The notes under the pieces are model-generated. The model made no database searches. It saw nothing but the letters and a program-made list of their open reading frames with translations, and was not told the origin of the DNA. A stretch of 25,865 bases of DNA from a virus (taxonomy: Duplodnaviria > Heunggongvirae > Uroviricota > Caudoviricetes): positions 1 through 25,865 of IMG/VR virus record IMGVR_UViG_2582580933_000011. One strand, 5' to 3'. Below are positions 17,584 through 25,865 of this stretch, in pieces. The position numbers were made by a program, and so were the translations under genes. Each line of letters starts with the position of its first letter. Position 1 is the first letter of the stretch.

Positions 17584-18449
17584 TTAATTTAATTCTTTCA
17601 GCACCAGTACCTGAAATGGCTGAGGCATTTAAGCGGGTATTTGCAAATGCAGATAATGTGAATATTGTCGGTCAACCATTTGAAACAATCAGAGAATTTG
17701 ACTGCATGGTCAGTGCGGCAAACAGTTTCGGGCTAATGGATGGCGGCGTTGACGCTGCCATTACTGCATTCTTTGGTACTCAGTTACAGACACGTGTTCA
17801 GAATCATATTCTTCGTGAATATCTTGGTGAGCAGCCTGTAGGCACTGCATTTGTTATTGAAACGGGGGATAACAACCATCCCTGGCTGGTACATGCGCCA
17901 ACAATGCGCGTTCCGCTGACCATTGACGGAACAGACGCTGTATATAACGCCACGTGGGCCGCTCTGCTTGCCATCTTTCAGCACAATAAAAATGCAACGA
18001 CAGACAGGAAAATAAAAACGGTGGTATTACCTGCAATGGGGGCCGGATGTGGTCAGGTGCCGTTTGAAAGTGTTACCCGGCAGATGAAGCTGGCATGGGA
18101 TAATTTTAATAAAAAAACAGAATCAATTAACTGGGAATATGCATATTCCCGCCAGTGGGCGGTATTTAACACATGTGCATACTGCCCCGGTAAATCTGGT
18201 TGTCGTTATGCTGATATTAAATATATTGGATGTGGCGATTACCGTACGTATTGCTTACGGTCAGGGCAGGTATGTATTAACCCTGAACATCAGGTTGATG
18301 ACGTGCTGACTAATAATCGCTCTCGCCCGGGAGCACATATACACCAGATTAATCCGGTAAAACCCGTAGGTAACGTTACCATTGGCGCACACAGCCACGG
18401 AAGGAATATCACCATTGGTGCTCATTCCCATACAACCAATAAACAATAA
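17580..18449 (+). CDS. macro-domain protein with Cys-rich linker and C-terminal tail-fibre-tip-like His-box repeats
   Basis: 289 aa. Start overlaps the fibre stop (ATGA at 17580-17583). Macro-domain motifs: [67 protein letters not shown] (compare E. coli YmdB VDVIVNAAN..GGGGVDGAIHRAAG, HTVGP, VAFPAISTGVYG). C-terminus [24 protein letters not shown] resembles the fibre tip. Confidence 0.8.
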   Translation: MINLILSAPVPEMAEAFKRVFANADNVNIVGQPFETIREFDCMVSAANSFGLMDGGVDAAITAFFGTQLQTRVQNHILREYLGEQPVGTAFVIETGDNNHPWLVHAPTMRVPLTIDGTDAVYNATWAALLAIFQHNKNATTDRKIKTVVLPAMGAGCGQVPFESVTRQMKLAWDNFNKKTESINWEYAYSRQWAVFNTCAYCPGKSGCRYADIKYIGCGDYRTYCLRSGQVCINPEHQVDDVLTNNRSRPGAHIHQINPVKPVGNVTIGAHSHGRNITIGAHSHTTNKQ

Positions 18450-18473
18450 TTCTGTCTCTGACATTAAGTAGAG

Positions 18474-19058
18474 GTGAACATGACTTTCAGAATGAGTGCT
18501 GAAGCACAAACCATTCGCGTATTTAATTATCTCGATGGTTCAAATGAATTTATTGGAGAAAGTGATGCCTATATTCCACCACATACAGGGCTTCCGGCAA
18601 ACAGCACAGATATTGCTCCTCCTGAGATTCCAGCTGGTTTTGCCGCTATATTCGACACAACCAGAAACTTATGGAATTTAATAGAGGACCATAGAGGAAA
18701 AACTGTTTATCACACTGAAACAGGTGACGCCAAAACTATATCTAAATTAGGCGCTTTGCCTGAGGATGTTACGTGCATTCCCCCTGATGATGAGTATCAG
18801 AAGTGGAGTGGAAATCAATGGGTTACGGACGATGAAGCGAAGCGTCAAGCACAGATAAGCTATGCAAACTCAAAGAAAGATGAGTTGTTAAAATACGCAA
18901 GCGTAAAGATAGCGATCTTACAAGATGCTGTTGATTTATGTATTGCAACAGATGAAGAGAAAGTTTTATTAAATGAATGGAAAAAATACAGAGTTCTTGT
19001 AAATAGGTTAAATGAAGATGATATCATTCAAATGAAAGTCCCTGAAACACCAGTTTGA
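18474..19058 (+). CDS. tail fibre assembly chaperone (Tfa/U-like)
   Basis: 194 aa. GAGGTGA RBS. N-terminal region typical of Tfa proteins (RVFNYLDGSNEFIGESDAYIPPHTGLPANSTDIAPPEIPAGF...). Last gene of the fibre unit. Confidence 0.8.
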   Translation: MNMTFRMSAEAQTIRVFNYLDGSNEFIGESDAYIPPHTGLPANSTDIAPPEIPAGFAAIFDTTRNLWNLIEDHRGKTVYHTETGDAKTISKLGALPEDVTCIPPDDEYQKWSGNQWVTDDEAKRQAQISYANSKKDELLKYASVKIAILQDAVDLCIATDEEKVLLNEWKKYRVLVNRLNEDDIIQMKVPETPV

Positions 19059-19069
19059 TTTATATTAAT

Positions 19070-19104
19070 AAGCCACTGTTGACAGGACTGTTTTACAGTG
19101 GCTT
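19070..19104. terminator. bidirectional intrinsic terminator between convergent tail-fibre operon and glycosyltransferase gene
   Basis: Perfect 10-bp stem AAGCCACTGT / ACAGTGGCTT with a 15-nt loop, followed by GTTTTATTAT on the plus strand and an AT-rich tract on the minus strand. Confidence 0.55.
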
Positions 19105-19110
19105 GTTTTA

Positions 19111-20259
19111 TTATCTAAACCAATTTTCTAGAACATTTTCAAATTTATGGGTAACTTGCCACCATAAATAGTTCTCTAATACATATTTTTTTCCGTTATT
19201 TGCAATTTGTTCTAATTTTTCGGAATGTAATGTTTCATATATATCACTAGCTAAACTTTCTGGCAACATTGGTTCATTTATATGAAATCCTGTATGGTTA
19301 TTTTTTACAAATTCAACCATTCCACCTCGAGTGCTAACTAAAACGGGTCTTCCTGCCCCCATAGCTTCTATAGCAACCATGCAGAACGGTTCTTGAAACT
19401 GAGATGGGATTACAACTAGATCGGCTATAGGATAGTAACGGTACATATCATCTGGTTTTACCCCGCCAACAAGATGACAGCGCGAACCAATAGTTCCAGC
19501 AAGTTCCCTTACTTGTTTTTGATATGCAGCTTTTTCTCCTTTATCTTTATTATTGTAGTCACCAACAACTACAAGTTCTATATTGTCACATGATTTTATC
19601 AATTTTTTAAACGCTTGTAATAGTAAAACAGTCCCTTTTTCAGGGGAGATCCTTCCCGCATAAAAGATAACTTTTTTCTCAGAGGGAATACCTAAATCTT
19701 GTTTTGTTAGCGGGGGTAGTTCTTTATCTAGATTGTGTAGTTCTGTACCATTAGGAACTATACAAATTTCAGCGTCAGGAAGATGTTTTTCATAAAAATC
19801 CTTTAAATACTGACTTGGAACAAGCATTTTCACATTGCTATCTAGCCCTTTCGGTGTAAAGGCATTATGCATATGCATTATCATTTTTGCGTCAGGAGCT
19901 TTCTCTCTAATTTGACGATAAAGTTTCATGCTGTTATGAACAATAATAATGCTATCGTTTGTGATATTGAAATCTTTAGCAATGTTTAACACTCTTTGTG
20001 AATATGGAATAGGATCTATTCTGCTCCATTTTTGAAATATCCGTTTATAAAGACGGCTAAACCCTATTCTATGGATAGAACATCGCTCATTAACAATATC
20101 TTTTTCTGAGAAACCATCCTCTCGAATGCATGCTATACGATTTGGTATTCTTGTTCTCTTTGCGACTTGATATATCCAAGTTTCAACAGCTGCTGCGCCA
20201 CGAGGTGGTATTGAAAATATTGGTGTAACTGTAAATATTAATTTGTCAATCATGAGCAA
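19111..20259 (-). CDS. glycosyltransferase, GT-B fold (GT4/RfaG-like family)
   Basis: 382 aa. C-terminal GT4 signature (VVVGDYNNK ... FCMVAIEAMGAGRPVLVSTRGGMVEFV). Very AT-rich. Start overlaps the acetyltransferase gene by 14 nt. Confidence 0.8.
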   Translation of the reverse strand: MLMIDKLIFTVTPIFSIPPRGAAAVETWIYQVAKRTRIPNRIACIREDGFSEKDIVNERCSIHRIGFSRLYKRIFQKWSRIDPIPYSQRVLNIAKDFNITNDSIIIVHNSMKLYRQIREKAPDAKMIMHMHNAFTPKGLDSNVKMLVPSQYLKDFYEKHLPDAEICIVPNGTELHNLDKELPPLTKQDLGIPSEKKVIFYAGRISPEKGTVLLLQAFKKLIKSCDNIELVVVGDYNNKDKGEKAAYQKQVRELAGTIGSRCHLVGGVKPDDMYRYYPIADLVVIPSQFQEPFCMVAIEAMGAGRPVLVSTRGGMVEFVKNNHTGFHINEPMLPESLASDIYETLHSEKLEQIANNGKKYVLENYLWWQVTHKFENVLENWFR

Positions 20260-20797
20260 CTATCCTCTTATAATCTTTTCCCTTTAAATATTTTTTTAGG
20301 GTTGCAGGAGAGCCTGCATACATTGTATTAGCAGGAACATCAGTATTTACAACGCTATTTGCAGCTATAACACTATTGTCTCCTATTTTTACACCTGGTA
20401 GCACAGTTGTATTTGCCCCAATCCAAACATTACGGCCTATTTTTATTGGAGCGCAAATTGTTTCTTTGGGACGTTTGCTTGGTGTTAGTGGATGCGTGAC
20501 AGTTGTTAATACAACGTTGGGACCAATGGCAGAGTTACATCCAATATCTATTGTTTTTGCATCGAGAAAAACACAATTTGCGTTAATGAAGACATTTTTA
20601 TCAATAATTATATTGCCATTCTCAAAATAAAATGGAGCTGTTATTGTTGAGTCTTCACTTACTTTAACTCCTGTTTTTTTTAATGTGATTAATTTTTTTC
20701 TTTTTGAGATTAGGGTATAATTAAATATATGTCTTGCTTTCTTTGCTTTCTTTTTTTGAAAAATTATATAGAAATAATATGTTAACAAATCAAACAT
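20246..20797 (-). CDS. hexapeptide-repeat (left-handed beta-helix) sugar O-acetyltransferase-like protein
   Basis: 183 aa with tandem hexapeptide repeats (VFINANCVFLDAKTIDIGCNSAIGPNVVL ... VWIGANTTVLPGVKIGDNSVIAANSVV) as in maltose/galactoside/WcaB-type acetyltransferases. AT-rich. The true start may be internal. Confidence 0.75.
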   Translation of the reverse strand: MFDLLTYYFYIIFQKKKAKKARHIFNYTLISKRKKLITLKKTGVKVSEDSTITAPFYFENGNIIIDKNVFINANCVFLDAKTIDIGCNSAIGPNVVLTTVTHPLTPSKRPKETICAPIKIGRNVWIGANTTVLPGVKIGDNSVIAANSVVNTDVPANTMYAGSPATLKKYLKGKDYKRIVAHD

Positions 20798-20821
20798 TGT
20801 TGTTTTACTTCCATTTAAAAT

Positions 20822-21151
20822 TTAACTATCAAATGTGGCGCCTATTTCTCGCATTTTGTTAAGTATGGTGTTTATTTCATTGCTACCGAGAGAAGTTTGG
20901 GCAGCCATGAAAAAAAGTATGTGCAATGACATAGATCTGTTATTTTCTTTGTTTATATATTTTCTCCACTGGCTATCGCTGCTGATCCCGGCTAGTTCTG
21001 CCATTTGATTCCCTGTATACCCAAGCATTTCTTTGAATTGATGCAAATCTTGTGATTTGGGGGGGGTGTAGTTGTTTATTAACCTCATATTAAACCCATT
21101 ATTGGTAAGCTTTCGTTGGTGGAATGGTAGCACCAATGGAGCTACTGTCAA
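20822..21151 (-). CDS. small hypothetical protein, possible HTH DNA-binding regulator
   Basis: 109-aa ORF upstream of, and co-oriented with, the acetyltransferase and glycosyltransferase genes. Segment TGNQMAELAGISSDSQWRKYI is HTH-like. Start ambiguous (internal Met at residue 22). Confidence 0.4.
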   Translation of the reverse strand: MTVAPLVLPFHQRKLTNNGFNMRLINNYTPPKSQDLHQFKEMLGYTGNQMAELAGISSDSQWRKYINKENNRSMSLHILFFMAAQTSLGSNEINTILNKMREIGATFDS

Positions 21152-21278
21152 GCGTCTTTTCTTTATAAATATAGGGAACCATCAAAATCTGACATCAATT
21201 ATCTATCGAAATATTTTGAATGACTGGTGAGAAGTTACTTTGCATACCATTACCTCCTGACAACGTAGGAGGGAACTT

Positions 21279-21608
21279 GTGCTTGACACACAGGAATTAG
21301 CTCCAGTTGCTATTGCGCTCCTGCTTTCAGTAATTGGTGGGATAGGCACGTTCCTGATGGATGTCCGAGACGGTCGCCAGTCTGGCAATTTGTTGGGATT
21401 GGTTACGGAGATCTTTGTTGCAGTGACAGCTGGCGCGGTGGCGTACCTATTGGGGCAACACGAGGGCTGGGAGTTATCAATTACGTACTTAATGGTAACG
21501 ATAGCCAGCAATAACGGTCATGAGGTGATTTCAGGGATGAAACGAGTGAATATCGATAGCATTCTGAATGTTCTTACAAGTTTGGTGAAAAAGGGAGGTG
21601 GGAAATGA
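21279..21608 (+). CDS. lydA: holin (LydA-like)
   Basis: 109 aa, GTG start with AGGAGGG 5 nt upstream. Two to three TM helices and a charged C-terminal tail (KKGGGK). First gene of an operon containing a DarA-like gene, as in the P1 darA operon (as recalled). Confidence 0.6.
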   Translation: MLDTQELAPVAIALLLSVIGGIGTFLMDVRDGRQSGNLLGLVTEIFVAVTAGAVAYLLGQHEGWELSITYLMVTIASNNGHEVISGMKRVNIDSILNVLTSLVKKGGGK

Positions 21609-22048
21609 TTGGCTGGGGTGTATGCGCTCTTGCGTTAGCCTTAGCCGATCGCTATTTGCTAAAACGCAAGGACATCACGCATTTAGAACTTGGTGATGTG
21701 GAAATTAAACCGGGTTTCATCCGGGTGCCGTTCAAATACCGGTCTAAATTCCCGTTTTTGCGCGGCGCAACGGTCAGATATTGGATCCGCGATGTTCAGA
21801 AGCCGACGACAGTGATTGAAGGCGAACAACGTTGTTTGACGTCGGCTGAACAGGGCGAAAACAGTGAATGGTTGTACATACCCACTGAATATATGGGTAA
21901 AGGAGAGCGACTGTGGCATTTCAACGTCATGGTTACGCATGGCGACTCGTTCATTAACCCGTTGTATCGGATTTTCCCTGTTACTCAGCAAATCCGCAGA
22001 AGTTACGTAATAAATCTCGCACAGGATGTGTCAGATGACGAAAAATAA
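21605..22048 (+). CDS. LydB-like protein (putative antiholin / lysis regulator)
   Basis: 147 aa, start overlapping the holin stop. N-terminal hydrophobic segment. Assignment by position after the holin gene only. Confidence 0.4.
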   Translation: MIGWGVCALALALADRYLLKRKDITHLELGDVEIKPGFIRVPFKYRSKFPFLRGATVRYWIRDVQKPTTVIEGEQRCLTSAEQGENSEWLYIPTEYMGKGERLWHFNVMVTHGDSFINPLYRIFPVTQQIRRSYVINLAQDVSDDEK

Positions 22049-22637
22049 GTATGCAACGGTCGATTTTGACCAGGTTAATGAAAAGGGGCTGAAATCCCTT
22101 ATCGCGGCGATCAATAAAACCGGTGTTACGGTAATTGAGGTTGACTCCAGCAACCGCGCAACAACGAAAGATGGCGTTAAAGTTAAAACCGCAAAGCTGG
22201 TTCTTAACGACGGACAAATTCTTGCCATACAGGTAAACGATACTGGCGATATATCGTCTGTGAAGCTGAATGGAAAAGCTATTCCTAACGCTCAGTCGCC
22301 GGATATCAAGACGCTTGGTACCGTCATGGGGCAAGCGGCCAGCAAAAACTCCGCAAAATTCCAGAAATCACTGATCGCCAAAGCGAAACGTGTTGCCAAT
22401 CCGGTAGACAAGAAACCGGCAGTAAAATCCAACTTTCAGCGCCTGCAAGAAGCAAAACAGCGGAATGCTCAGGTGGTTGCCGCTTATAAGTCCGCGCAGA
22501 ATTCGGTGTCTTTCAATCAACAGCAGATCACTGATTTGCGGGCGAAGCTGGATACGGAGACGGGCCGACTCAATAACGAAAAGGCACGGAATGGCGAACT
22601 CAAACGTCGTCTTAAGCAACTGAAAGCAGGAAATTAA
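22035..22637 (+). CDS. DarA N-terminal-domain paralog (200 aa)
   Basis: ORF track start 22026; ATG at 22035 has AGGA upstream. Shares with the N-terminal third of the next protein the pattern DGQ(I/T)(L/I)(A/S)I ... KNSAKFQ followed by a Lys-rich stretch. Confidence 0.5.
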   Translation: MTKNKYATVDFDQVNEKGLKSLIAAINKTGVTVIEVDSSNRATTKDGVKVKTAKLVLNDGQILAIQVNDTGDISSVKLNGKAIPNAQSPDIKTLGTVMGQAASKNSAKFQKSLIAKAKRVANPVDKKPAVKSNFQRLQEAKQRNAQVVAAYKSAQNSVSFNQQQITDLRAKLDTETGRLNNEKARNGELKRRLKQLKAGN

Positions 22638-22638
22638 C

Positions 22639-24558
22639 ATGGAACAGTTCAATATCAATAAAGGGGTGACGATCAAGCCTGGGCTTGACGTACTTCCCCC
22701 GCCAGTGACTGATGATGAATATCGCGCATTAATGGCCGGAGAGGACCGCTATCTGATGACGGAATCCAACACCCTGGAGGAAATCGAGGCTACGTTCTTC
22801 TATGACACGCCGATCCACTGGTGTGCTACGGATTTACTGGAGGCGATTAGTTCTACTCGTTTGCAGTTACACCGGACCATGCAGGCATTTGTCCGGGTAT
22901 TGAACCAGAAGCTGAATGGTACCGGAATCTCTGCGGGGAGTGATAAAACGGGGGATGTGGCCCAGAGCGGCGCGCGAGCGATCGGCGGCGCTGAAATTGG
23001 CCGGGCACGTAACGTTAACGGGCTGCCGGTCCTGCCAGCCATTATCCCGCTCAGTGATGGTCAGACTATCAGCATTCTGTTTCATAGCCCGACAGCGGAA
23101 AACCGGATCACCAATAGCGATACGCTGGTTGCTTTCCAGTTCTTACTGAATAAAAAAGACGTTACTCACACCGTTGCTCCGATGAGTGGACGTGATATGA
23201 CGCTGGCGCAGGTCACCATGAAACTTGCCAACCTTGCAGAGAAAAACTCGGCAAAATTCCAGCGTGCGCAGAAGAAGAAAAAAGCCCTGGTTGATGAAAT
23301 AACCCAACTACAGACTGACAGTGACCAGAAAGAGGATGCCATGAGCGACCTCGCGGATCAGGTGGCAGCGGTAGAAGGCCAGAAGGCAGATCTGGAGCAG
23401 AAAATTAACGCGGTTGCTTCGGAAGCAGATTCTCTTTATCAAGAAAATGAGCGTTTGCAGGCGGAGATTGATCAGCTCAATCGCACTGGTGGGCGCGATA
23501 CCATTGCTCCAGCGGGGATGACTGGTGGGCACTCTCGCGCGCTGACGGATCGCCTTGCCAGCATCAAAAATCGTATGCATATGAACGGGGAAGTGACGCT
23601 CAGTAATGGTGCATCAATGAAGCAATTCATTGGGGATGGCGAAGGGTATATCCAGTTAACCGATTCGGATGGCAGCGTGTACATGATCAAGGCTAAATCC
23701 ATACAGGGTGTGGACATGGCAGATGCGATCGGCAAGCTGTTTAAAGCCTATAAAGCGGGTAATGTATCGGAATACCTGGTCCAACCAGAAGAACATAAAC
23801 CGGAAAACGTCGAACCTGAACCAGCGGAGGATACCGGTAGCTCTTCGCCTGAACCAGAAGTCTCTGTAGGTGCATATCGATATGCCCTGCATATGCGTCC
23901 GGCGGCCCCTGGCGCAATACCTGAAGGTAACAAAGCAATTCTGCCGCGCCCTGATGAAGGTGACCCGTATTATGAATATGCACGCTACGGCATTGCTACT
24001 TACGATACCCCGCTTTCTGATCAGCAAATGAGTGAGTACGACCTGAAGTTATTGCCTCGCGAGGATTCTTTCGACTTCCTGGCGAAGACACTTACTAATG
24101 GTCCGTTTGGCAAATATGCACAAAAAGCTCTGGAGCTGGCCACCAACTCACCAGACGAGTTCCGCGTAATGCTGAAAACTCAGTTTCAAAAAACATTCCC
24201 CAACATTGCGTTTCCGGGGGGCGCTGGCACCGAGAAAATGGTGCAGAGCATGATCAAGGCATTGCAGGCCGAAGTCGGTGAGATTACTCAACCAGAACCG
24301 GTCCCGGCACAGCCTGATGAAACGGTTAGCGAAGCAGATGCAGAGGCTAATAAAGCCATTGAATATCTCAATAGCGTGATGGATATGCAAAGCACTGACA
24401 TGGCGGAGATCCGTAACGCCCGGGGCAATGTCCGGGAAGCGATTGCTGCCCTTCAGGCTGCCGGACGTTTTGAGGAAAACGAAGAGCTGGTTAACGGTGC
24501 TGCTCGCCACCTGGCTGATCTGCTGGTAGCAATCCAGAAAGCGGGGGTAGCGGCATGA
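22639..24558 (+). CDS. darA: DarA-like protein (virion-associated antirestriction/head protein candidate), 639 aa
   Basis: Size and position after the holin/antiholin pair match P1 darA as recalled. Central coiled-coil region (QLQTDSDQKEDAMSDLADQVAAVEGQKADLEQKINAVASEADSLYQENERLQAEIDQL). No sequence-level confirmation possible here. Confidence 0.5.
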   Translation: MEQFNINKGVTIKPGLDVLPPPVTDDEYRALMAGEDRYLMTESNTLEEIEATFFYDTPIHWCATDLLEAISSTRLQLHRTMQAFVRVLNQKLNGTGISAGSDKTGDVAQSGARAIGGAEIGRARNVNGLPVLPAIIPLSDGQTISILFHSPTAENRITNSDTLVAFQFLLNKKDVTHTVAPMSGRDMTLAQVTMKLANLAEKNSAKFQRAQKKKKALVDEITQLQTDSDQKEDAMSDLADQVAAVEGQKADLEQKINAVASEADSLYQENERLQAEIDQLNRTGGRDTIAPAGMTGGHSRALTDRLASIKNRMHMNGEVTLSNGASMKQFIGDGEGYIQLTDSDGSVYMIKAKSIQGVDMADAIGKLFKAYKAGNVSEYLVQPEEHKPENVEPEPAEDTGSSSPEPEVSVGAYRYALHMRPAAPGAIPEGNKAILPRPDEGDPYYEYARYGIATYDTPLSDQQMSEYDLKLLPREDSFDFLAKTLTNGPFGKYAQKALELATNSPDEFRVMLKTQFQKTFPNIAFPGGAGTEKMVQSMIKALQAEVGEITQPEPVPAQPDETVSEADAEANKAIEYLNSVMDMQSTDMAEIRNARGNVREAIAALQAAGRFEENEELVNGAARHLADLLVAIQKAGVAA

Positions 24559-24920
24559 CACTATCAGCTATTGAGTTAATGGACCTCAGCGATAAGTTGG
24601 ATGCTCTGATGTCCAAAGCGGCTACCGCGAGTGGCATGGAGTTGCTGGATATCAGCGATGAAATTGACCAGATCATGCAACAGATGGGGTACGGCGCGTC
24701 CGGCGGCAGTAGTGGCGAGGAAAAACAACCTTCGGTACATGATGGTGTGCCAAAACTGGTTGCTGATTTCCTGGCTGATAAATTCGTCGATCAGAGCACT
24801 GATGCATTTATCGGTACGTTACAGGACTTGAGTCAATATGTTGGCACATACATCGACCTGGACCAGGTTAAACAGCACACGGCGGCATGGATAGCCGCCA
24901 ACATTAAAGAGGCAGCGTGA
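24555..24920 (+). CDS. small acidic protein (DdrA-like by position), 121 aa
   Basis: Start overlaps the darA-like stop (ATGA). Acidic, Gly/Ser-rich linker. Immediately followed by the IS end. Confidence 0.45.
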   Translation: MTLSAIELMDLSDKLDALMSKAATASGMELLDISDEIDQIMQQMGYGASGGSSGEEKQPSVHDGVPKLVADFLADKFVDQSTDAFIGTLQDLSQYVGTYIDLDQVKQHTAAWIAANIKEAA

Positions 24921-25865
24921 CATCCTCCACGCCCCGAAGGGCGTGGATTCCTGCTACGTTCAGGCTGTCGCCTGAATCATTTCGGTGGGTTCCTGCTTCA
25001 ACGGGCGGCCTGACTGCACCATCCCTCCACAGGCAAGTACGGCGTGCCCCGCCGCTAAAATGTTACGAGCGCCGTTTACATCGGCGTTCGCTGTATATCC
25101 ACATACCTGGCATCTGAATTTACTTTGTGACAGGCGATTTTCTTTCGCTGTATGACCACAGCACGCGCAACGCTGGCTTGTGTACGCTGGCGGAACAGCA
25201 AGCACCTGACCGCCACGCCAGAGCTGCTTGTACTCAAGCTGGCGGCGCATTTCATACCAGCCCTGATCCAGTATCGAACGGTTTAAACCTGATTTTGCCC
25301 GGACATTGCGACCCGGATGACTTATCGTTCCCGCCGCTGACTTTGACATGTATTTAACCTTCAAATCCTCAATGACAATCATTGCGTGGTTTTTGCTGAC
25401 GGTCGTTGTGACTTTGTGAAGGTAGTCCCTGCGGATATTTGCGATACGGGAATGCAGTCGCTGTATTTTGCGTTTCTGCTTCTGCCAGTTGTTGCTGAAT
25501 TTGACCTTGCGGCTTAACTGTCGCTGAAGTCTCGCCAGCTTCTTCTGGTTTTTCTGAAAACTATTTACAGGTTCAAAGACTGTGCCATCTGACAGCGTGG
25601 CGAGTTTAGCCACGCCAGCATCCAGTCCGACCATTGATGCTGAAGGGTGAACAGGAGTGGATACCTCTCTTTCTGTCTGAATACTGATGTACCACTTACC
25701 GCAGGACTGGCTGACAGTAACATTTTTCACAATACCCGTGACCTGACGGCTATTCCGGTAGCGCATCCAGCCAAGTTTCGGCAGAAAAATACGGCTGTTT
25801 TCCTGATCGAGCTTAACACCCTGCGGGTAGCGGAATGCATCATTCTGTCCCCGCTTTTTGAATCG
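24921..25865 (-). mobile_element. IS200/IS605-family insertion sequence, right end plus tnpB (continues beyond the window)
   Basis: TnpB ORF plus a subterminal GC-rich hairpin (CCACGCCC cgaa GGGCGTGG, 24927-24946) directly after the tnpB stop and abutting the stop codon of the upstream phage gene. Confidence 0.75.
24960..25865 (-). CDS. tnpB: TnpB (IS605 OrfB-type RuvC-like nuclease with C-terminal zinc finger); N-terminus lies beyond window end
   Basis: Manual extension of the frame to the window edge gives ...[64 protein letters not shown]..., the conserved central TnpB region. C-terminal CxxC...CxxC ([37 protein letters not shown]). Confidence 0.9.
   Translation of the reverse strand, partial: RFKKRGQNDAFRYPQGVKLDQENSRIFLPKLGWMRYRNSRQVTGIVKNVTVSQSCGKWYISIQTEREVSTPVHPSASMVGLDAGVAKLATLSDGTVFEPVNSFQKNQKKLARLQRQLSRKVKFSNNWQKQKRKIQRLHSRIANIRRDYLHKVTTTVSKNHAMIVIEDLKVKYMSKSAAGTISHPGRNVRAKSGLNRSILDQGWYEMRRQLEYKQLWRGGQVLAVPPAYTSQRCACCGHTAKENRLSQSKFRCQVCGYTANADVNGARNILAAGHAVLACGGMVQSGRPLKQEPTEMIQATA

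Noticed and set aside
17580-21200. Invertible fibre segment (cin/gin-type shufflon) at the tail fibre locus
   Set aside because: Looked for an inverted second fibre C-terminus and chaperone copy and a serine recombinase gene, as in P1 C-segment or Mu G-segment. Found only same-strand genes followed by the sugar-modifying moron, and no long inverted repeats by eye.
22800-24676. Minus-strand ORFs within the DarA-like and DdrA-like genes (for example 23656..24027, 24148..24561)
   Set aside because: Antisense to an operon of overlapping, translationally coupled genes. No independent support.

Overview
The window reads as a segment of a P1-like temperate phage or phage-plasmid. This rests on gene content and order plus two near-consensus C1-repressor operator 17-mers; all homology statements come from reading the translations and from memory of the P1 map, not from database searches. 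Left to right: (1) a partial hok/mok-type type I toxin locus at the left edge; (2) a minus-strand lytic-replicon block (small membrane protein, RepL-like, KilA); (3) a minus-strand immI-type immunity block (Ant1/Ant2 antirepressor with an in-frame internal start, Icd-like ORF, candidate c4-like antisense RNA with nested complementary sites); (4) an AT-rich three-gene cassette encoding two signal-peptide proteins and an SH3b-domain membrane protein; (5) a plus-strand tail operon: three tail proteins, a 1124-aa Sit-like tape-measure protein with a lytic transglycosylase domain, three baseplate proteins, an R-like protein, an 818-aa tail fibre, an unexpected macro-domain protein with a fibre-tip-like His-box C-terminus, and the fibre assembly chaperone; (6) a divergent AT-rich moron (GT4 glycosyltransferase, hexapeptide acetyltransferase, small putative regulator); (7) a holin/dar-type operon (LydA-like holin, LydB-like, DarA N-domain paralog, DarA-like, DdrA-like); (8) an IS200/IS605-family tnpB element running off the right edge. 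No rRNA, tRNA, CRISPR array or invertible fibre segment was recognised. The most novel-looking items are the macro-domain/fibre-tip gene inside the tail fibre operon, the AT-rich secreted-protein cassette whose first protein ends in a motif shared with Sit, and the sugar-modifying moron beside the fibre genes.
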